Below the pieces are notes generated by a model. The model searched no databases. It saw only the letters and a list, made by a program, of their open reading frames with translations, and was not told the DNA's origin. The translations under genes were made by a program, and so were the position numbers. 64,000 bases of DNA from Bulinus truncatus (lineage: Eukaryota), in assembly GCA_021962125.1 (NCBI GenBank), contig JAGDYQ010000001.1, positions 5,463,061 through 5,527,060 of the forward strand, in the 5' to 3' direction. How positions within the stretch are numbered: the first letter of the stretch is position 1; each line of letters opens with the position of its first letter. Shown piece after piece: positions 24,801-36,290 of the stretch.

Positions 24801-24881
24801 GCAACTCTCTCAGCTAGTATCAGTGGGCAGCAGGTTTCTACAGTTGTCTCCACTTCAGAGCTCTCCATTACTGAAGGCTAT
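24801..24881 (+). CDS. PARP4: PARP4-like exon 23 (ATLSASISGQQVSTVVSTSELSITEGY).
   Basis: Acceptor AATTAAG; donor GTAAGA; matches human ATLCALIQEKEFCTMVSTTELQKTTGTM. Confidence 0.8.
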
Positions 24882-25024
24882 GTAAGATGTTTACTTTATT
24901 ACACACGTTTTTAAAAATTTATTTTAAAATCTAAAAAGAACCAAGTGTATGATGTTACATAAGAAAATTAATTTCCTTGAGCCACAATAAATACTTTTAA
25001 TTTCCTCTGCTAACCTGGGTTTAG

Positions 25025-25105
25025 CTTGTCCATCGTTTGACAGCAAGAGCTGTGATAAGAGACTGGGAAGATGGAGTCTTATCTTCAGACAGAACAGGCC
25101 ATGAG
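25025..25105 (+). CDS. PARP4: PARP4-like exon 24 (LVHRLTARAVIRDWEDGVLSSDRTGHE).
   Basis: Acceptor GGGTTTAG; donor GTTCGT; matches human IHKLAARALIRDYEDGILHENETSHE. Confidence 0.9.
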
Positions 25106-25386
25106 GTTCGTGCATCAACATTATTACATGTTGTTATATGGATTATTACTTTAATGTTGGAGAAAAGCTTACTGCAATCCTTTTTACTTTAAAATATTTT
25201 TTTTTGTTTTGTATCTTTAATATCTTTAGATACTGTATACAAGCACAATAATTGCTACGTTTATTCACTATTATATCACAAGCAAAAGCTTCTTTTTTCA
25301 CTTCAGTATTTTTTATATTTTTTATAGGCTTGTGATAATGTTTACACTTATGCTGGTTTTATGTACTGTAATTTTTTTTTTTACAG

Positions 25387-25488
25387 ATGGCAAAGATGGA
25401 TTTAAAAAATTACATTATAGAGTTGAGTAAACAGTATTCTATAGTCACTCAGTTCACCAGCTTCATTGCAGTAGAAAAACGAGAAGAG
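25387..25488 (+). CDS. PARP4: PARP4-like exon 25 (MAKMDLKNYIIELSKQYSIVTQFTSFIAVEKREE), ending at a GC donor (GCAAGT).
   Basis: Acceptor TTTTTTTTTACAG; matches human MKKQTLKSLIIKLSKENSLITQFTSFVAVEKRDE; only a GC-AG intron keeps the frame and the human alignment into the next exon. Confidence 0.85.
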
Positions 25489-25611
25489 GCAAGTTGCTGA
25501 AATCATTTCCAAATATAGAAATATGTCTGGCTAAGATAATGACCTTTATGGTCATTTGCAAAAGGGTTTACAAAAATAAATGTAAAATCTCTATACACAA
25601 GGACCATAGTG

Positions 25612-26455
25612 GTATTTAAACACCTGTAACATAGCATACCAAGGTCATGCATGGCAAACACCTGTTAAATGTAACATAGCATACCAAGGTCATGCATGGC
25701 AAACACCTGTTAAATGTAACATAGCATACCAAGGTCATGCATGGCAAACACCTGTTAAATGTAACATAGCATACAAAGGTCATGCGTGGCAAACACCGGT
25801 TAAATGTAACAGCATACAAAGGTCATGCGTGGCAAACACCGGTTAAATGTAACATAGCATACAAAGGTCATGCATGGCAAACACCTGTTAAATGTAACAT
25901 AGCATACCAAGGTCATGCATGGCAAACACCTGTTAAATGTAACATAGCATACCAAGGTCATGCATGGCAAACACCTGTTAAATGTAACATAGCATACAAA
26001 GGTCATGCATGGCTAACATCTGTTAAATTAACATAGCATACAAAGGTCATGCATGGCAAACACCGGTTAAATGTAACATAGCATACAAAGGTCATGCATG
26101 GCAAACACTGGTTAAATGTAACATAGCATACAAAGGTCATGCATGGCAAACACTGGTTAAATGTAACATAGTATACAAAGGTCATGCATGGCAAACACCT
26201 TTAAATGTAACATAGCATACCAAGGTCGTGCGTGGCAAACACCTGTTAAATGTAACATAGCATACAAAGGTCATGTGTGGCAAACATCTGTTAAATTAAC
26301 ATAGCATACAAAGATCATGCGTGGCCAACACCTGTTAAATATAACATAGCATACAAAAGTCATGCATGGCTAACATCTGTTAAATTAACATAGCATACAA
26401 AGGTCATGCATGGCAAACACTTGTTAAATGTAGCATAGCATACAAAGGTCATGCA
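25612..26455. repeat. Minisatellite, 45-bp unit x ~19 (TAAATGTAACATAGCATACCAAGGTCATGCATGGCAAACACCTGT), in intron 25.
   Basis: Direct reading; multiple-of-3 period produces spurious ORFs on both strands. Confidence 0.95.
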
Positions 26456-26679
26456 TGGAAAACATATGCCCTGCCTGCTTTATTTTCCCTCAGCTATTAT
26501 TAGGTCTTATTAAGAGCAGGATGTAGGATCGCAAAAAAAATAATTCCTTGCATTCACTGAGATTTGTACTCCTTGCTGACATTACCACCCTGCACCTCCC
26601 CACAGTCATTATTAAAGATGTTCTAAATAACTGGAAATGATAGTGGCATTTATTATTTTACTTAGTTTATTACTTTTTA

Positions 26680-28240
26680 ACTTTGAGACGACCTTTTTTA
26701 ACTTTCCTTTTTTAACTTTGAGACAACCTTTTTTAATTTTAGAGACAACCTTTTTTAACTTTGAGACAACCTTTTTTAACTTTCCTTTTTTAACTTTGAT
26801 ACAACCTTTTTTTAACTTTAGAGACAACCTTTTTTAACTTTCCTTTTTTAACTTTGAGACAACCTTTTTTAACTTTCCTTTTTTAACTTTGATACAACCT
26901 TTTTTAACTTTGATACAACCTTTTTTAACTTTAGAGACAACCTTTTTTAACTTTAGAGACAACCTTTTTTAACTTTAGAGACAACCTTTTTTAACTTTAG
27001 AGACAACCTTTTTTAACTTTCCTTTTTTAACTTTGAGACAACCTTTTTTAACTTTCCTTTTTTAACTTTGATACAACCTTTTTTAACTTTGATACAACCT
27101 TTTTTAACTTTAGAGACAACCTTTTTTAACTTTAGAGACAACCTTTTTTAACTTTAGAGACAACCTTTTTTAACTTTAGAGACAACCTTTTTTAACTTTC
27201 CTTTTTTAACTTTAATACAACCTTTTTTAACTTTAGAGACAACCTTTTTTAACTTTCCTTTTTTAACTTTAGAGACAACCTTTTTTAACTTTCCTTTTTT
27301 AACTTTGATACAACCTTTTTTAACTTTAGATACAACCTTTTTTAACTTTAGAGACATTTTTTAACTTTAGAGACAACCCTTTTTAACTTTAGAGACAACC
27401 TTTTTTAACTTTGATACAACCTTTTTTAACTTTAGAGACAACCTTTTTTAACTTTAGAGACAACCTTTTTTAACTTTAGAGACAACCTTTTTTAACTTTA
27501 GAGACAACCTTTTTTAACTTTAGAGACAACCTTTTTTAACTTTAGAGACAACCTTTTTTAACTTTCCTTTTTTAACTTTAGAGACAACCTTTTTTAACTT
27601 TAGAGACAACCTTTTTTAACTTTAGAGACAACCTTTTTTAACTTTAGAGACAACCTTTTTTAACTTTAGAGACAATATTTTTTAATTTTAGAGACAACCT
27701 TTTTTAACTTTAGAGACAACCTTTTTTAACTTTAGAGACAACCTTTTTTAACTTTAGAGACAACCTTTTTTAACTTTGATACAACCTTTTTTAACTTTAG
27801 ATACAACCTTTTTTAACTTTAGATACAACCTTTTTTAACTTTAGAGACAACCTTTTTTAACTTTCCTTTTTTAACTTTAGAGACAACCTTTTTTAACTTT
27901 AGAGACAACCTTTTTTAACTTTAGAGACAACCTTTTTTAACTTTAGAGACAACCTTTTTTAACTTTAGAGACAACCTTTTTTAACTTTGATACAACCTTT
28001 TTTAACTTTAGATACAACCTTTTTTAACTTTAGATACAACCTTTTTTAACTTTAGAGACAACCTTTTTTAACTTTAGAGACAACCTTTTTTAACTTTAGA
28101 GACAACCTTTTTTAACTTTCCTTTTTTAACTTTAGAGACAACCTTTTTTAACTTTAGAGACAACCTTTTTTAACTTTAGAGACAACCTTTTTTAACTTAA
28201 GAGACAACCTTTTTTAACTTTAGAGAGACAACCTTTTTTT
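26680..28240. repeat. Minisatellite, 22-bp unit x ~70 (TTTAGAGACAACCTTTTTTAAC plus GATACAACC and TTCCTTTTTT variants), in intron 25.
   Basis: Direct reading. Confidence 0.95.
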
Positions 28241-28730
28241 TTTTACAAAGGATATGAAGTGTATGTGGCTAAAAAAATTCACATTTCAATGGATCTTATG
28301 TCAAATATAATTCCTTATTACTATTTTTCTACAATACAGTTACATAATGACTTTTCTCTGGGGAAAAATAATTATTTATTCAATGTGTAAATCCCAAAAT
28401 ATAAATGTCTTTTACTGGTGTAAGGAACAAGTCCTCAGACTGAATACATGCTGATGTCCAAGAAATATTTACATATATAAAACATTTTTGTAAAAGTTTT
28501 CCACCAAGAAATTTTATTATTTCAGTATTTTTATATCTTTACAATATTGCTTGATTTTGACAAGATATGACTTAAATTATTCTATCACTGTTATTTGTCG
28601 TTGGGACAAGAAACGAATGCACGACAGGTTCAAATGAGCACACTCACAAAGAATGTTAATTATTATACATCATGAATTTCATTTTATTTTAATCATCCAT
28701 GTACTTTTATTTACCCTTTTTAATAAACAG

Positions 28731-28829
28731 AATGAAAAAGAAAATCTCTCCAATGGTCCAACAATAAAAGACTTATTGAATCAAGAGAATGTGGATATAT
28801 TGCCTTATATAAGCTGGACTCAAGGCTTG
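28731..28829 (+). CDS. PARP4: PARP4-like exon 26 (NEKENLSNGPTIKDLLNQENVDILPYISWTQGL).
   Basis: Acceptor AATAAACAG; donor GTAAGT; matches human NESPFPDIPKVSELIAKEDVDFLPYMSWQGE. Confidence 0.9.
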
Positions 28830-28929
28830 GTAAGTTGAACAGCGCTGTAAACTTTTTACTATGATTTTTCAAAGTCTTTCATATTTTTTTACTTAAACTA
28901 ATCAAAATTTATATAACTGTCTGTACCAG

Positions 28930-29088
28930 TCAGGAGATGATGTTCCCATAGAATTACTTCTAGAGCAGCTTGAAGAAGAAATTAAAAATGGAGTTTTGTC
29001 AAATAAATTAGCCGACAGTCTAGAAGATATTGAGAAGTTTGTAACAATGAAGGAGCAATCTTCCCCTTGTAACAAAGATATTTTACAG
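28930..29088 (+). CDS. PARP4: PARP4-like exon 27, lineage-specific acidic region (SGDDVPIELLLEQLEEEIKNGVLSNKLADSLEDIEKFVTMKEQSSPCNKDILQ).
   Basis: Acceptor CTGTACCAG; donor GTATTT; 159 nt, phase 0; no clear human counterpart. Confidence 0.6.
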
Positions 29089-29247
29089 GTATTTAAAAGA
29101 ATGTCAAAATTGATTTTATCAGTGGAAGTAAAATTTTCTTAGAGGACTTAGAGATAACTTAGGTTATGGAGGACTGACTGTGGAAATAAACAGTACTTTT
29201 AAATAACAAAATATTTTCTCTCCTGTGAAATTAATTTTATCTTACAG

Positions 29248-29329
29248 AATGCTAGACTTCTGGTTCAAGCTTATAAGTTAAATTCAGATATTGAAAAGGC
29301 AGCAGAGTTAGCAGTGGAAGTTTTCAATG
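29248..29329 (+). CDS. PARP4: PARP4-like exon 28 (NARLLVQAYKLNSDIEKAAELAVEVFN).
   Basis: Acceptor TCTTACAG; donor GTAAAG; phase 0 in, 1 out. Confidence 0.55.
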
Positions 29330-29575
29330 GTAAAGTTTGTACAATATTGTCTAGATTTGAAATGCAAAAGCATTTTAAATTTTTAATGGAAAATTTAAGT
29401 TATGCATAAAATTTAGTTCATCATTTTCTTTACTGAAATGAAGATTATACATGTACGAGTATAAAGTAAATTGAGAAAATATATTTCTGGTCTTAAATTT
29501 ATGTATTCAGTCGACATAACCAATCTATTTTGGTATATGAAAAATGCAGTGATATATTTTAATATCTATTTTTAG

Positions 29576-29722
29576 AAAGTGTAGATAAAATAGTGGCTGT
29601 ATGTGGTGATAGGGATGTTTACCCTGAAGTTATCACTCATCTATGCAAATTTAAAAGGGATATCTTTGAGATTCCTGAAGTTGAAAAGAAACTCAGAGCA
29701 GTTACATCACTTCCTGTGTACG
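29576..29722 (+). CDS. PARP4: PARP4-like exon 29 (ESVDKIVAVCGDRDVYPEVITHLCKFKRDIFEIPEVEKKLRAVTSLPVY).
   Basis: Acceptor ATTTTTAG; donor GTATGTAAG; phase 1 in and out. Confidence 0.55.
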
Positions 29723-29763
29723 GTATGTAAGAAAAAAAAGACAGTTTTGATTGGGCATGCAAT

Positions 29764-31098
29764 TCTGTTAAATTAACAGAACGCTGTGGCTTCGAATACG
29801 ACCGGCCGTGCTACGTATTTTTTTTTTTCGAGACACGACCTACAAACTTTGATGATGTCAGTAAACAGAATGAACTCTTATGATTTAAAGTTATTTTCTT
29901 TTCGCGGGAACGAGTAATTTTGTCTACTTATACATTAAAATTGTATCTGCTTGTGTGTCCTCCTGGCACAATGGTTAAACCATTTGGTTTGTGACTCATT
30001 TTTATGCTGACTATATCCAGGTTCGATTCCTCTCAGAAACATAACTTTTTTTATTGTGTTTTTTTTCAGAATGTATCCTTTTAATTGTTTTAATGAAAAA
30101 TAACTAATTAGATCTCTTTGACTTTTTTAAAAAATTGAAGTAATGTTTCCTTAAGGATGTTGTAAGAAAAAGAAACAACAACTAATTGGTTTTTTTTTAA
30201 CTATTTCATAACTTAAAAAAAAAAATATTTTGAAAATATGTATCAAAGCTGAACACAGAGGCGTAACAAGGAAGGGTGGGGGGGGGGGGGTCCAAAATCG
30301 AAAGTCCCGCCGGGCTCCAGCTTGAGGGGAGCCCCCAAAATTATTTTTACATTAAATATTAAGTACATAATCTCATGTCATGGTATCGAATGTCAAAATG
30401 CAAGGCCCCCAAATCCTAGGTTCGGCAATGGCTTTACAGGGTACAGCTAGTCCTAAATATTACCTAACTTTTCCTTACCATCATTTTGCGTCACACTTTA
30501 AAAAATTCAGAGTAGCCTACATATTTCAAATTTACTAAATAATAATAAGATTAAGAAAAGAAAATAGAGGGGATGGGGAAGCATTTATATCCGAGAATTG
30601 AACCAAATACTGACGGAGACGAATTAACGAGTGTTAGCTTTCTGGGGGGGGGGGAGGGGGAGGGGTACGATAGATACTAATTTAGCGCATAATTTTTTGT
30701 TTTATTCGTCCGACTTTATTAGGCTTGGGCAGACCCGAAAAAAAAGTAATAAAGAATAACTGCCGTGCATGTGCACATCTTTACTCTTAGTCTTAGACAT
30801 ATATCCTGACAACTAAAATATATAATTCAAAGCTGTATTTATTTAAAAAAAAATATTATAAAAATATCTCCGATTATTAACAGCAAATGACTTTATTAGG
30901 CTTGGACAGACCCGAAAAAAAATTAATGCCAAATATAAAAATATCTCCGATTATTAACAGCAAATGACGTCATCAACGTCTGCAGTAAATAAGAGTTCTC
31001 ATTCATTCTGTTTACTGACGTTATCAAAGTTTGCTGGTCGTGTCTCGAAAAAAAAAATACGTAGCACGGCCGGTCGTATTCAAAGCCACTGTTAACAG
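29764..31098. mobile_element. Second foldback / long-TIR non-autonomous DNA element (about 1.33 kb) in the intron after PARP4-like exon 29.
   Basis: Inverted terminal arms of about 130 bp (29764-29895 vs 30965-31098); internal duplicated segment (GACTTTATTAGGCTTGG.CAGACCCGAAAAAAA x2); internal Pol III B-box-like GGTTCGATTCC; TSD not resolved. Confidence 0.6.
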
Positions 31099-31564
31099 AA
31101 ATATTATAAATAAAGGACGGTTTGACATTGTGTTAGAGGCCATGACTGTGCACCTGAATATCTTGGTGACTTCTGGAATTTTACTTGTGTCTCAACATCA
31201 TCTCATTGTATTAGTTGTGTAAAGTGAATAGTAGATATATATAAATAGTTACATTGTCATCACAAATTGTAATCACGGAGCCTTGATGGAAGCCTTAAAG
31301 TTGTTCATAGAAGATAGTTCTTGGTAAATAATGTAGCTTTGTCATAAAAAATAGTTCATGATAAATAATAAAGCTTTGTCACAGAAGATAGTTCATGTTG
31401 AATAATCTAGCTTTGTCCATCATTCAGTTATGTAAAAATTTATTTGCTTAATTTTTTGGTATTAGCTTAACTACCTCTAAATGAGTTCTGTAAAAATGAG
31501 TTATTCTAAAAACTTGATTGAGATGTGTGCAAATGTGTAATTTTGATATTCAAAATATGAACAG

Positions 31565-31818
31565 GTGACAGATTTGTTAAAGTGAGGACCTTAACAGGCA
31601 AGTCAGTGATCTGCCCTATATCAGATGACATGACAGTTTTTGACCTGAAACATATTATCCATTTTCTCATGGAAAAGGATGCTGTACCTTTTGACCATCA
31701 ACGATTGATTCATGCCGGCTTGCAATTAAATGATGATGATATTCTTAAAGACAAAAATGTCACTTATGGGGACACCATTCATCTTGTACATAGACTTCGA
31801 GGAGGTGGAGGCAAGTAA
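31565..31818 (+). CDS. Ubiquitin/NEDD8-like domain exon (G)DRFVKVRTLTGKSVICPISDDMTVFDLKHIIHFLMEKDAVPFDHQRLIHAGLQLNDDDILKDKNVTYGDTIHLVHRLRGGGGK*. Candidate alternative terminal exon of the PARP4-like gene.
   Basis: Acceptor ACAG lies directly after an in-frame TGA at 31558-31560; phase 1 in matches the donor of exon 29; clear ubiquitin fold signature (FVK.LTGK, QQRLI.AG.QL.D, IHLVHRLRGG); ends with a diglycine-containing tail like the NEDD8 precursor. Confidence 0.45.
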
Positions 31819-32112
31819 TAATAGTTGGGCGTAAACATCTATGATTTTGCATCATTATTTGTTGCACAGTGCCCATTTTCGATTTTTTTTTTACTGCTGT
31901 GCATCATCAAATACTGGACTGAAACTCTGATGATGTCAGACATTATAGTATTTTCACATCTTAAAAATGCACGCTGGCCAAGTTGGACTAGTGATATCAC
32001 TGCCCATTACAAACTAATGTTTATTCTCACCTTATAATATCAAGCCAAAAAAAACAAAAAAATTAATTGGTAATTATTATAAACTAGTAGTTCAACCTGT
32101 TCTATGCTATTT

Positions 32113-32480
32113 TGGTAGGCATCATAGAGTGTTTGATTTAAACAGTTCTTATGCCCTTTTGGTAGGCATCAGAGAGTGTTTGATTTAAACAGTTCTTATG
32201 CCCTTTTGGTAGGCATCAGAGAGTGTTTGATTTAAACAGTTCTTATGCCCTTTTGGTAGGCATCAGAGAGTGTTTGATTTAAACAGTTCTTATGCCCTTT
32301 TGGTAGGCATCAGAGAGTGTTTGATTTAAACAGTTCTTATGCCCTTTTGGTAGGCATCAGAGAGTGTTTGATTTAAACAGTTCTTATGCCCTTTTGGTAG
32401 GCATCAGAGAGTGTTTGATTTAAACAGTTCTTATGCCCTTTTGGTAGGCATCAGAGAGTGTTTGATTTAAACAGTTCTTT
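32113..32480. repeat. Minisatellite, 47-bp unit x ~7.5.
   Basis: Direct reading (CAGTTCTTATGCCCTTTTGGTAGGCATCAGAGAGTGTTTGATTTAAA). Confidence 0.9.
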
Positions 32481-33434
32481 TGTTGTTTACAACTTTTAAT
32501 TTCAGGTCACCCAAAATAAGTTAAAAAAAAAATGCCAAGTTTATAAAATGTAACACCTATTAAGAAACAGTTCATGGATCTTAGTAAATTTATAGGAAGA
32601 TGTTTTTTGGTCTGCTTGTAACCTGATTTCACTGTTTGTCATATTTGCATAGAAGGCCTTATATTAAACATTAAATATTGCTGCTAGAGATTATGTGTAA
32701 CAAAATATATACATGTACCTTCTATTGCATGAATACAAATTGTCATTTCTGTTTGAACTCTCACTTTATCTGTGAGCTGCTTAGTCTCTTTAAGCCAGTG
32801 TCATTTAGAAATATCCAATTTTAGTTACAGTAACATCCAAATAAATATTTTGGCTGTGTGAAACATGACCAAACTAAGTCAACTTTTATTTTTTTCACAG
32901 CAGCCCTGAAAAAAATACTTCACAAAGTTTAGATAATTTAAACACATGAATACTATTCTCTCACTGATAAACTGTCCAAACTTGACTTAGCCTCTTTAGT
33001 TTATGTCCTCCATTACTGTCCATATATATAAACTAATGTATCTGAGCTATACTGTCCATATGCCATTTTTATAAACCAATGTATTTGGTCTTTACTGTCC
33101 ATAGTCCATTCTATAAACTATTGTATCTGATCTTTACTGTCCATAGTCCATTGTTATCAACCAATGTATCTGAGCTATAATGCTCTCCTTTTTTTAATGG
33201 CCAGGTTTGGTGACATTGTGGGATTTATTCTGTGGACCACTAAAAATTATAGTCACATAAATCAATACATCATTTTCTTTTTACGTAGATAGATATGTCA
33301 ACCAGAGGAGCTAAGTCAGTAACTTTGAGACCCCTTCATTGTTTAGTCCTTTAAACATTTGGACATTGAAATATAGGAAAACAATCATGAATAGAAATAG
33401 TATACTTTATATTTTTAAAGTCAAAAGGTCTTCT

Positions 33435-33725
33435 GGCTAATGTGACTTAATCTTAGTAGGTTAGTTGGCATATCTAACTGGCTAATGTGACTTAATCTTA
33501 GTAGGTTAGTTGGCATATCTAACTGGCTAATGTGACTTAATCTTAGTAGGTTAGTCGGCATATCTAACTGGCTAATGTCACTTAATCTTAGTAGGTTAGT
33601 TGGCATATCTAACTGGCTAATGTCACTTAATCTTAGTAGGTTAGTTGGCATATCTAACTGGCTAATGTCACTTAATCTTAGTAGGTTAGTTGGCATTTCT
33701 AACTGGCTAATGTCACTTAATCTTA
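33435..33725. repeat. Minisatellite, 45-bp unit x ~6.5.
   Basis: Direct reading (GGCTAATGTGACTTAATCTTAGTAGGTTAGTTGGCATATCTAACT). Confidence 0.9.
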
Positions 33726-34034
33726 GTAGGTTAAAACCTCATACTTGCTCTTTTTTTATTGTCCTAAATAAAATAGTTAATTTATATTAATAACAGTTTT
33801 TTTTTGTGTGTAATATCTTCAGTTGGTATAGGCAGTGTTGTGTTCATTCAGTAAAGAGAGTGTTGTGTTTATTGAGTATAGAAAGTGTTGTGTTCATTTC
33901 ATATAGGCACTGTTGTTTTTAGTTTGTGAACTGTTGTGTTTTTTTGCTTGTTTAAGGATTTCATTTCAGTTAGTAGACATAACTTTTATAATTAAGCAAC
34001 CATTGTACAAAAAATTATTGTAACTTAATACATT

Positions 34035-34955
34035 GTCTTTGGTAAAAGTACATCTTGGGTAATAACCACACAGTCTGATGGCATGTCTTAGGTAATAGCC
34101 ACACAATCTGATAGCATGTCTTGGGTAATAGCCTCACAGTCTGATAGCATGTCTTGGGTAATAGCCACACAGTCTGATAGCATGTCTTGGGTAATAGCCT
34201 CACAGTCTGATAGCATGTCTTGGGTAATAGCCACACAGTCTGATAGCATGTCTTGGGTAATAGCCACACAGTCTGATAGCATGTCTTGGGTAATAGCCAC
34301 ACAGTCTGATAGCATATCTTGGGTAATAGCCACACAGTCTGATAGCATGTCTTGGGTAATAACCACACAGTCTGATAGCATGTCTTGGGTAATAGCCACA
34401 CAGTCTGATAGCATGTCTTGGGTAATAGCCTCACAGTCTGATAGCATGTCTTGGGTAATAGCCACACAATCTGATAGCATGTCTTGGGTAATAGCCTCAC
34501 AGTCTGATAGCATGTCTTGGGTAATAGCCACACAGTCTGATAGCATGTCTTGGGTAATAGCCACACAGTCTGATAGCATGTCTTGGGTAATAGCCTCACA
34601 GTCTGATAGCATGTCTTGGGTAATAGCCACACAGTCTGATAGCATGTCTTGGGTAATAGCCACACAGTCTGATAGCATGTCTTGGGTAATAACCACACAG
34701 TCTGATAGCATGTCTTGGGTAATAGCCACACAGTCTGATAGCATGTCTTGGGTAAAAGCCTCACAGTCTGATAGCATGTCTTGGGTAATAGCCTCACAGT
34801 CTGATAGCATGTCTTGGGTAATAGCCACACAGTCTGATAGCATGTCTTGGGTAATAGCCACACAGTCTGATAGCATGTCTTGGGTAATAGCCACACAGTC
34901 TGATAGCATGTCTTGGGTAATAGCCACACAGTCTGATAGCATATCTTGGATAATA
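34035..34955. repeat. Minisatellite, 33-bp unit x ~28 (GTCTTGGGTAATAGCCACACAGTCTGATAGCAT).
   Basis: Direct reading; generates 280-300 aa ORFs in three frames on both strands. Confidence 0.95.
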
Positions 34956-35016
34956 AATATATGAGCTCTGCTTTATCTCATGGCTCTTTACTTTCAATTT
35001 TTTTGTGTGACTCAAG

Positions 35017-35085
35017 ATGTGTGGATCGAAGATTCAATGAGAAGAAGTGGCAAAGTAGCTGAGGTAGCTTGGGATACCTGTCTAG
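35017..35085 (+). CDS. PARP4: Candidate PARP4-like mini-exon A ((D)VWIEDSMRRSGKVAEVAWDTCL).
   Basis: Acceptor CTCAAG; donor GTAAAT; phase 1 in and out, compatible with exon 29 and exon B; no human homology visible. Confidence 0.35.
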
Positions 35086-35561
35086 GTAAATAATTTTATC
35101 CTATTAGTTTAGAGTTTAATTTCCTGAAGCTGGCAATGCTGAAAACAGCATATGAGATATTTTATTTTGTTAAACATTCATATCTTTAGAGATTTGTTGT
35201 TTCTAGTTGTGTATTTAATAAAATGAGCTTGTTGTTATTGTCCTGATTATGGGTGGAAGGAGGGGGAGGGGTGTGCAGCAAAACTCTTAACAGTGACCCA
35301 CACTTTTGGGGTCCCATCAGGTACAGTAAGATGCTATAATGTAAATGAAATCTTTTGGTTTTTGTTGTTTTTTTTTTGTTTACAGAAGATACTGACTAAA
35401 TTATTCTATTAGAAAATTTTTTTAAATCAAGATATCAAACAAAATGTTTTTAGTGAAGATCATGAGACAACAATGTATCCATGGCCACGCAATATTGCCT
35501 CCATACTATTGTGCAAGTGTGTGCAAAACAGCCTCTATGCGGTGGCTAAATCTTCCCTTTA

Positions 35562-35565
<4 letters not shown>

Positions 35566-35659
<94 letters not shown>

Positions 35660-35665
35660 ATAACT
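35566..35665. repeat. AT dinucleotide-rich microsatellite (ATATATATGTATATATAAAT)n.
   Basis: Direct reading. Confidence 0.9.
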
Positions 35666-35939
35666 TTTAAGTTTTCAATTCTAAATTCATGTCAATCTAT
35701 AAGTCTTTTTTTAAATTTCTGGTGCCATCTATTTATATAACATCAAATATTCATGAACTTAATTGTTCATTGAAAGAAATCTTAACGATAGTTTTTCGAC
35801 AGAAAGAAAAATGTTTTATAAATGAAATGTGTACTAAGCAAAACACAGCAAGTAAATTTCAAAGTTATATAACAGACAAATGAAGTTTTATAATCATCTG
35901 GTGACGCTTTGGTTGTGAGCCGGATTTACTTGGTGTAGT

Positions 35940-36290
35940 CCGATCAGCATGCAGCGGGTTACAGGGTTGCATCAGCATGCAGCAGCTTACATCAGCATGC
36001 AGTGGGTTACATCAGCATGCAGAGGGTTACAGCAGCGTGCAGCGGGTTACATCAGCATGCAGTGGGTTACGATCAGCATGCAGCGGGTTATGATCAGCGG
36101 TTACGATCAGCATGCAGCAGGTAATGATCAGCATGCAGCGGGTTACGATCAGCATGCAGCGGGTTACAACAGCATGCAGTGGGTTACGATCAGCATGCAG
36201 TGGGTTGCGATCAGCATGCAGTGGGTTGCGATCAGCATGCAGTGGGTTACGATCAGCATGCAGTGGGTTAGTGTTTTCAGGATAAGACAA
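35940..36290. repeat. Minisatellite, 21-bp unit x ~16 (GATCAGCATGCAGTGGGTTAC).
   Basis: Direct reading. Confidence 0.9.

Noticed and set aside
25616-28240. Repeat ORFs (AYKGHAWQTPVKCNI.., KKVVSKVKKGKLK..)
   Set aside because: Products of the 45-bp and 22-bp minisatellites in PARP4 intron 25.
22112-28240. Highly regular direct repeats that superficially resemble CRISPR arrays
   Set aside because: This is a eukaryotic intron context with no unique spacers alternating with the repeats and no cas genes. These are classic minisatellites.
34015-34964. Three overlapping ORFs of about 280-300 aa (WLLPKTCYQTV.., MLSDCVAITQD.., MSWVIATQSDS..)
   Set aside because: They are the six-frame reading of a 33-bp minisatellite. 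Perfectly periodic 11-aa repeats run on both strands with no start or stop context; not coding.
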